Part shown: positions 21,986 to 28,839 of the stretch, piece by piece | How positions within the stretch are numbered: the first letter of the stretch is position 1 | How the letters are laid out: each line of letters starts with the position of its first letter | Origin: Octopus sinensis | Taxonomy: Eukaryota | Direction of reading: 5' to 3' | DNA: 28,839 nt | Assembly (NCBI RefSeq): GCF_006345805.1 | Contig: NW_021833470.1 | Coordinates: 1-28,839 of the forward strand | Translations under genes and position numbers: made by a program | Notes under the pieces: generated by a model | Database searches by the model: none | The model's input: the letters and a program-made list of their open reading frames with translations, nothing else | Told to the model about the DNA's origin: nothing

Positions 21986-22421
21986 TATAATTTGGGGTAA
22001 CTAAGAGATACCACTACGCTGGAAATAGCAGTCAAAATTTGGCACTAAAACCACATTAAATGTTCATACAGCACCAGGAGAGAAGACAAAGAGACAAAAT
22101 AAACTAGCAAATAAAATTACTGGATAATTCCTGATCCCGGATTTTGGGCTCTGCATAAGAAATGCTCTGCCTTCATCAGTGAAATATACTCAGATATCTA
22201 TCTATAAGTTTGCTATATTCAGCTTCGTATCAACATCCACTGGGCAGCTGATTTCCTACAATTGTACACAGTTTCTCTTCTCTATCCCAAATCATTATAT
22301 CAGGTCTATTTTGTTTATATTTTATTGAGGTTTTCTCTGGGACATTCCACCAGTACTTCTTTATATTGTGAGTGGCTATGGCTTCTAACATACTTGAGTT
22401 CTTATTTCTTTATCCTCCAGG
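21985..22421 (-). mobile_element. 5'-truncated RLE-type non-LTR retrotransposon (R4/Dong/NeSL-like): endonuclease fragment plus 3' UTR
   Basis: Minus-strand KYWWNVPEKTSIKYKQNRPDIMIWDREEKLCTIV(fs)EISCPVDVD carries the PD-(D/E)xK restriction-like endonuclease motif. Flanked by (TATG)n on both sides. Confidence 0.8.
22127..22185 (-). ncRNA. Degenerate hammerhead-like motif
   Basis: CUGAUGA-AGGC...GCCC-AAAA-UCC-G-GGAU-C. The G12 position reads A and the stem II closing pair is A-C, so it is probably inactive. Confidence 0.45.
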
Positions 22422-22691
22422 TTATGTATGTATGAACGTATGCATGCATGTGTGTATGTATGTATGTATGTATGTATGTATGATGTATGTATGTATGTAT
22501 GTATGTATGTATGATCGCTAGCCACTAAACCTTTTTTTATTTTCTGTTTCCGTTAATTTATGTGTACCTTTATGTTCAAGAGCGTAGGTTCGAAACGTAA
22601 AAGACTTTTTCACTTCCCGAGCGTTAAACTAATACATCTGTTTGTTGTTTACACACCAGTCTTCGTCTTTTGTTTTGGTTGTGGGGGGGGC

Positions 22692-23104
22692 TCGGGGAAT
22701 TCCAACTATGTATACATGTATGTATGTTATAGTTACATAAGCGAAGGCATGTTATCCTCCACTTCAAAATTTAAGAAAAATTCAATACTGTATCCTTTGC
22801 AACCTTCCTGAATTCTGCACAACTAACCGTTTGCTTCTATGACGTGCATTCCACCAGAAACGAACGACCCTCACTTTGCAGCTAAATTTTGTTTTGGTTT
22901 GGAGGGGTCGGGGAATTCCAACTATGTATACATGTATGTATGTTATAGTTACATAAGCGAAGGCATGTTATCCTCCACTTCAAAATTTAAGAAAAATTCA
23001 ATACTGTATCCTTTGCAACCTTCCTGAATTCTCCACAACTAACCGTTTGCTTCTATGACGTTCATTCCACCAGAAACGAACGACCCTCACTTTGCAGCTA
23101 AATT
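22692..23104. repeat. Near-perfect tandem duplication, 216-bp period
   Basis: 22692-22888 versus 22908-23104 differ at 2 positions by eye. Confidence 0.95.
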
Positions 23105-23420
23105 AAAACTCCACAGAGAATTGCAACTTTTTTCTTTCAGACACTGATTCCAACACAACTTAGACAATATACTCCAGCTGTCCTTTTCATATCCACTTGC
23201 CTATATACAGAATACTTGCCTTCTTATCCAATTATTTCTTATTGATTTACATCCCTCTTTCGTGGACTTTTCCACGTTCTTTATTTCAAATCTCTATTTT
23301 TAGATTTTATATCTCCTTATCTCTACTGTATGTGTATTTGGATAAATACACAACTCTTTGTGCAAACTAATTTTATCAACTACAGCTTAAAGTCTTTGAC
23401 ACGTTCCAGCCATGCTGCTG

Positions 23421-23421
23421 T

Positions 23422-23484
<63 letters not shown>

Positions 23485-23530
23485 GAATACGAATACGAAT
23501 ACGAATACGACTACAACTACTACTACTACA

Positions 23531-23596
<66 letters not shown>

Positions 23597-23597
23597 G
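23421..23597. repeat. (CTA)n microsatellite with a (CGAATA)n interruption
   Basis: Direct reading. Confidence 0.9.
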
Positions 23598-23772
23598 CTG
23601 TAATCCCTGGCATTTCCTATACCTAAGACCTGTATCTCTGTATATAAGCAACATTTTATTTTTATAGCTTACTGCTTGATAAACCTCTTTAATGAAACTT
23701 CTAAGTCACTGTCAACTTCTGTTTTACTATATGTACGTGAGCGTTTGTGCGTGTGTATGAGTGAGATTGTGC

Positions 23773-23810
<38 letters not shown>

Positions 23811-24056
23811 ATGCACACGCATATAAATATATTTGGGAAATTTTTAAATGTTCATAAACGTAACAATAAAAGAAAATTAGTTTATATATATATTCTTTTT
23901 ATTGCGCTATTTTCCAACAAAAATATTTGATCACATCAGATCTCTGCGCCAATAATACAACAGTAAATTTATTACAGCATATTTTGTCACCGCTTGCTGT
24001 ATTATAAAATTGCTCGGAAGTACAAAGACCGTTTCCAGCAACAAAGTTCAAAATGT

Positions 24057-24462
24057 TGCGTAGCTGTGTGGTAAGGAGTTACTGCTTCTCAACCTCATGG
24101 TTCTCGTTTCAGTTCCATTACATGACACCTTAGACAAGTTTTTTCTACTGTAGCCTCGGATCGATCATCGTCTTATGAGTGGATGTGGGAGATGGAAGCA
24201 GAAAGAATCCCATAGTATATGTGAGTGTGTCTGACTGTCTGTTTGTCTTTGTTTTATGTTTGTCCCCATCACCACTTGACAATCGCTCTTGGTTTGTTTA
24301 TGTCGGCAAAAAGTGGATCGGCAAAAGAGGCCGATATAGTAAGTGCTGGGGTCGACTCGTTCGACTAAGACCCTTCGATGCTTGGCTACAGCACGGCCTC
24401 AGCAAGGCCAAAGCATGGCCGCAGTCCAATGACTGAAACAGGCATAAATAAAAAAAGATAAA
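24057..24462 (+). mobile_element. SINE family A, full length, degraded
   Basis: Head gcgtagctgtgtggtaagg, and tail ctggggtcgactcgttcgactaa...gcatggccgcagtccaatgactgaaac. Confidence 0.8.
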
Positions 24463-25229
24463 TGATTTTAGTGGGACATCTATCCTCCTTTACACTGATT
24501 CATTAATCACTGATCCGCGATAACGCGATGCGCTCAATTTTGAGCCATGTTATGCTTCTCGTAAAGTAATCTGTGATAACACGGGTTGGTGATCAATCAA
24601 ATATTCAGTTTTCGACCGCAAGAGTGTTCCCCATTCATCATTCAATGCTCGGGAGAACTTGAGGGCCTTGGAATGGAGCCTATTTTTTTCCATATATGTT
24701 CTATTATTCAGACATGTGATGTGTTCCTGATGACTTTTGTTATTTTTTTTTTTTTGTTAATTTCTTCTAGCTAAGTTGAGGAATATACATCGAAGAGTAA
24801 AACAGATGTACAGAGTAAATTCATTTAAGATCTTTTTCTACCTATTATAAATGTCTTATAGTTTTTTAGCTTTTGTTAGTCATGTATAGCGCTATTTCAT
24901 CCTCATATGGACTCGTCAGCGCAGCTTAACTTGAGACTAATAATTACGCTTAATTCAATAATCTGCGAAGTTAGACATTTATCACATTTAACAAGGTGAT
25001 TTTTTTTAACCAAACGCCCGTGATAAACGAGGATATATGTAAACTAAAATAGTTACAGCTTACATTCAGTATCTCTGAAAGAGCGCAAGAATTAGTAGTT
25101 CGAGTGTAAAAATAAAACACATTGAAAGCAATTTAACAACGGTTCATAAAATATATATGATGCAATTTAAAAAGTATTGTTTATTGATAAATCATGGTGT
25201 GTAAGTGTGGGGACATGGATTAACTTTAT

Positions 25230-25392
25230 ATCGGTTTTAACTGTTGGCACAATGCCAGCAATTTCAGAGAAGGAGATAAGTCGATTACATGGGCCCCATT
25301 TCTAGACTGGCACTTATTTTATCGACCCCGAAAGGATGACACGCCGCTGAGTATTTTGCCTGGCGTGCTAACGTTTCTGCCAGCTCGCCATC
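25230..25392 (-). mobile_element. tRNA-derived SINE family D, internally deleted
   Basis: Minus-strand ggcgagctggcagaaacgttagcacgccaggcaaaatactcagcgg...catcctttcggggtcgataaaataagtgcc. A head fragment of the same type lies at ~6840-6868. Confidence 0.65.
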
Positions 25393-25789
25393 TTTGGATT
25401 ACCTTTATATTGATATCTGTGTAGAGCTGGTCGGAGAATTCGTCTGCAAGAATATGAACATGTAATTTAGAGCAAGGTAAGAGAATGTGTGAGCTCGTCT
25501 GGGAATTTAAGATATGATGGAATTCTGTGGATATTATTTAACGGCTCTGATCAATGGTCGGCATACGGCTATTAATATGGCAAGGTGTGGTACAGTAAAA
25601 TTGTTTATTGAATAGCTAACGTGCCTAAAAGTAGGCAATTTCATTGTTTGAAAATAGTAAATATAAAGAATCACGCGTCATGTATCTGAAAATGTTTTTC
25701 ACTATATCCGGATGACAAAGCCACATGACAAACAGCATTTTTATTGGTGCAAAATTAAGGCTTAGTCATGTTATAATTTAAAAGAAACA

Positions 25790-26560
25790 AAGATGAGACC
25801 GACCTTGCGTTCTCTTAGCTGAGGCCAGTTCGCCATAAATAGGTCTTTGAGGATCCTCCCATATGTCAAAGAAGGCGTCGTTGTCGCACTAGGATGAAAA
25901 CTGGGTGTCTTCATGCGTGCCAGAACCTCATTGTTTGAAACTCAGCCGATCTATTTGATGTTCATAATCCCTACCGGGCTGCCTAGGTGGAAGGCATTGA
26001 AACACTGCTCTAGTCTGGAGTAATTGCTTCTGATCTCACTATCACAAACCAATGTGCTGAAGACACAATTCTGTAGAGTTCAACTTTGATGTTTCGCCGT
26101 TAGCTTACCCTTCTCCTAGCTCGTGTTGAGATTGCTCTTCTTATAAGTTTGTTGATCTCAGATTCTAAAGAGACGTTGTCCCTGATAGTGAAGCTGAGGA
26201 ATGTAAACTCGTGGACTGCTTTTCACTATTATTGACGGCGGTAGTAGATGCCTGCTCAGCACTGCGGCCCGCACTTTTGTCTTCTTCGAACTGATAATTA
26301 AGCCGAAATCATAATGCACTGCTTTCTGTGTGGTTTCATACAGTGCATCTATTTTCAGTACAGTCTGATCTTGCAGTAACCCAAAAGGTGAGCTATGTCG
26401 TAGGTTTCGCTCAAAAAGGGTCGAGCCACGAGCAGATTCCTCGAATGGCAACGCCTTCTGAATATCAGATCTAGTTGGTGCCAATGTTTGTATAGGGGAT
26501 ATTTTCAAGATATTTAATGCTCAGCTGATTTCAGAAGTATTGGTGACACGCCGTCCATGA
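25790..26560 (-). mobile_element. RTE-clade LINE reverse transcriptase/thumb pseudogene fragment
   Basis: DFGLIISSKKTKV, PPSII, VHEFTFLSFTIRDNVSLESEINKLI, FNAFHL, NNEVLAR and KDLFYGELAS-like motifs with frameshifts match RTE ORF2. Confidence 0.85.
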
Positions 26561-27329
26561 AGTGTGCAAGACTCAAGTAATCATTGACTATTGTTATCTA
26601 TGCTGCCTATTGTTAGGGGCTGGAGCTTTTCAACAATCTAAGTATGCCACAAGGTTTCCAAATATTTGACACTCACGTGTCAAATAAAGTATAAAAGTGA
26701 TATTTTCTGCAAAAATTAAAAATTTGACACACAAAAAATCAATATTCAAAGAAATCGAACATAAACATTGAAACCTGTAAAATATTTCTAAATTCGATGG
26801 CTCAATTAGTTTCATGAAAATGTTGTATGAACTGTAAATAAGCAATGAATATTATGATTTGTAAAATAATTATAAGTGATACAGGATGTCCCAACTGAAT
26901 GTTGTGTGGAAGATTGGTTTCATTTTTAAAGAATTTTAAGCATTCAAAGTATGGGTTCATTGTATTGGGATACACTTATATATACGTTCTGGAATCAAAC
27001 ATTTATGTACTGTCATGGAAAATGCAGAATTATCGGAGATATGGTCATTGAAAGTGTACAAGCATCAAGAAAGTACAATAATAAGGTTTAGCATTTGAAA
27101 ACTGTGGGTAGTGAAATGCAGAATTAGGTCCGCTGATCGTGAGAATCAAATATTGATCGCTTCGCTAAAAACTAACAACTGTAAGTACAGGTGCTATGGG
27201 CTAATTTCCCTTGAGCGTTTAAAAACAATATTGTGCAGATGCTATGGGTTATTTCCCTCGGGTGTTTAAAAAAATTAGCTATATGAGATAGGCATAAAGA
27301 TCCCTTCTAGGTGCCGCATTATCGATTTT

Positions 27330-27471
27330 TTTTCAACAATCTAAGTATGTCTCGAGGTTCTCAGACATGGGTTCTACTCACGTGTCAAGTTTCATCAAAA
27401 TCAATAGAACGATGTCGGAGGAGTTAGCTAACAACGCCACAAACAAACACACCGATTTTCCATATATGTAG

Positions 27472-27478
<7 letters not shown>
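27330..27478 (+). mobile_element. Possible Helitron/HINE-like non-autonomous 3' end
   Basis: gtcaagtttcatcaaaatc...ggaggagttagctaac...acaaacaaacacaccgattttccatatatgtagtata resembles HINE-type ends. Its first ~55 bp recur at ~26628-26680. Confidence 0.4.
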
Positions 27479-27555
<77 letters not shown>

Positions 27556-27562
27556 ATATATA

Positions 27563-27812
27563 TTGGGTTGGTGCATAATTATTGCGGCTTTTTTTCAAAA
27601 CATTTTATTCAAAAAAAACAGTAACAATATTTAACAAAAACATCTTTAAATGACAGTCAGACCGTCTGCCAAGCAAATGGGAAGCAGTACTTGAAGCAGA
27701 TGGTAAATATGCTCCGGAATAATCATGTAAAGATGTTTTTGTTACATGCTGTCATTGTTTTTGTTGAATAAAATTTGTTGAAAAGAGCCGCAAGAATTAT
27801 GCGTCAACCCAA
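27563..27812 (+). mobile_element. Internally deleted mariner (MITE) with long inverted ends
   Basis: TIR ttgggttggtgcataattattgcggc (Hsmar1/cecropia-like) at both ends in (TA)n. The centre encodes the transposase C-terminus DRLPSKWEAVLEADGKYAPE*. Confidence 0.9.
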
Positions 27813-27885
27813 TATATATATATATATATATATGCATGTATGTGTATATATATATACATAATTATATTATATGTTACATATATAT

Positions 27886-28250
27886 ATTCTTTTACTTGTT
27901 TCATACTCTAGGAGTTATTCTTTGTAGGCCTAGTACTTATTCCATCTGTCTCTTTGGCCGAACCGCTAAGTTACGGGGACGTAAGCGCAACAACAGCGGT
28001 TGTCAAGCGATGGTGGGAAGACGAAGTCAGACACAAAGGCACAGACACACATACACACACACGCACACACACACACACACCACATATATATATATACATA
28101 TTTATATATATACGACGGGCTTCTTTCAGTTTCCGTCTACCAGATCCACTTACAAACCTTTGGTCAGCCCGAAGCTATAGCAGAAGACACTTGTCCAAGG
28201 TGCCACTCAGTAGGGCTGAACCCGGTACCATTGTGGTTGGGCAGCAAAGA
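27886..28250 (-). mobile_element. SINE family A, near full length
   Basis: gacgggcttctttcagtttccgtctacc...gaagacacttgtccaaggtgccac...gaacccgg is the reverse complement of the 5137 copy. Confidence 0.85.
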
Positions 28251-28574
28251 GAGATAGACTGAGAGGGAGCCAGAGAGAGATCAAGCAATTGGGTAATTAC
28301 TTAGTGATTAGACTGTGGTTTAATGAATCTTATCCACTGATCCACCTACTTTTCTATCCCACCAAGCATTCGGTGTAAGTTAACGTTTTTTAAATCGCTG
28401 TGGTTTATTACGGCTGTTCAGGCAAAATTGATTCCACGGCAACGTAAGAACGAACGGGCAGGCGCTGCACGGGATGAAATTAAGGGAAATATGGTTTCCT
28501 GATGACCAATCTGTTGAGTGTTGCCGTGGCTGTGTAAAGGTTGAGTGCCAGCGAATGAAATGGAGAAAACTGCC

Positions 28575-28839
28575 GAGGAAGAGGGCGAGAGGGTAGAAGA
28601 GGTGGGAGGAGAGGTGAACGGAAAGGTGGCAGGAGAGGTGGGAGGAGCTGAGGGATGAGAAGAGGGAGGCAGGAGGAGGACGGGGAGGAGAGCGAGGGAG
28701 GAGAACGGAAAGGAGGACGAAAGGAGGATGAGGGAGGCGGACGTAGGAGGACGAGGAGGGGGACGAGGAGGATGAGGAAGAGAGGAGAGGAGAGTAGAGG
28801 ACGAGGAGGAGCTGGTGACTGGGTTGGAGTGATGTGGAG
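28575..28839. repeat. Purine-rich (GGA/GAG) low-complexity tract
   Basis: Direct reading. It runs to the window end. Confidence 0.8.

Noticed and set aside
22572-22605. ttcaagagcgtaggttcgaaacgta minimal HHR-like motif
   Set aside because: The CUGA core is broken and stem II has about one base pair.
25425-25476. AG...GTAAG-bounded candidate exon
   Set aside because: Stop codons in all three frames.

Overview
AT-rich, microsatellite-dense eukaryotic genomic DNA. The SINE, MITE and retrotransposon sequences look like octopod cephalopod (Octopus-like) repeats, but this is recall rather than a database search. No complete protein-coding gene is visible. There is one CpG-rich non-repetitive block (~380-1569) ending in a good splice donor, probably a long 5'-leader exon with a short coding end, so most of the window is probably intron. 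Almost all ORF-track entries are microsatellite artefacts. Recognisable relics: a maT/DD37D Tc1-mariner, two mariners (one a MITE), a hAT transposase, three RTE LINE fragments, an RLE-type (R4/Dong/NeSL-like) LINE 3' end, several tRNA-derived SINE families, a 5S rRNA pseudogene and several long hairpins/MITEs. The most interesting signal is a set of minus-strand hammerhead ribozyme (HHR) motifs. One has an intact core and sits in a ~485-bp retrozyme-like unit bounded by direct repeats (13478-14001). That unit appears to share its 3' tail and HHR placement with the 3' end of the RLE-endonuclease LINE at ~21985-22421.
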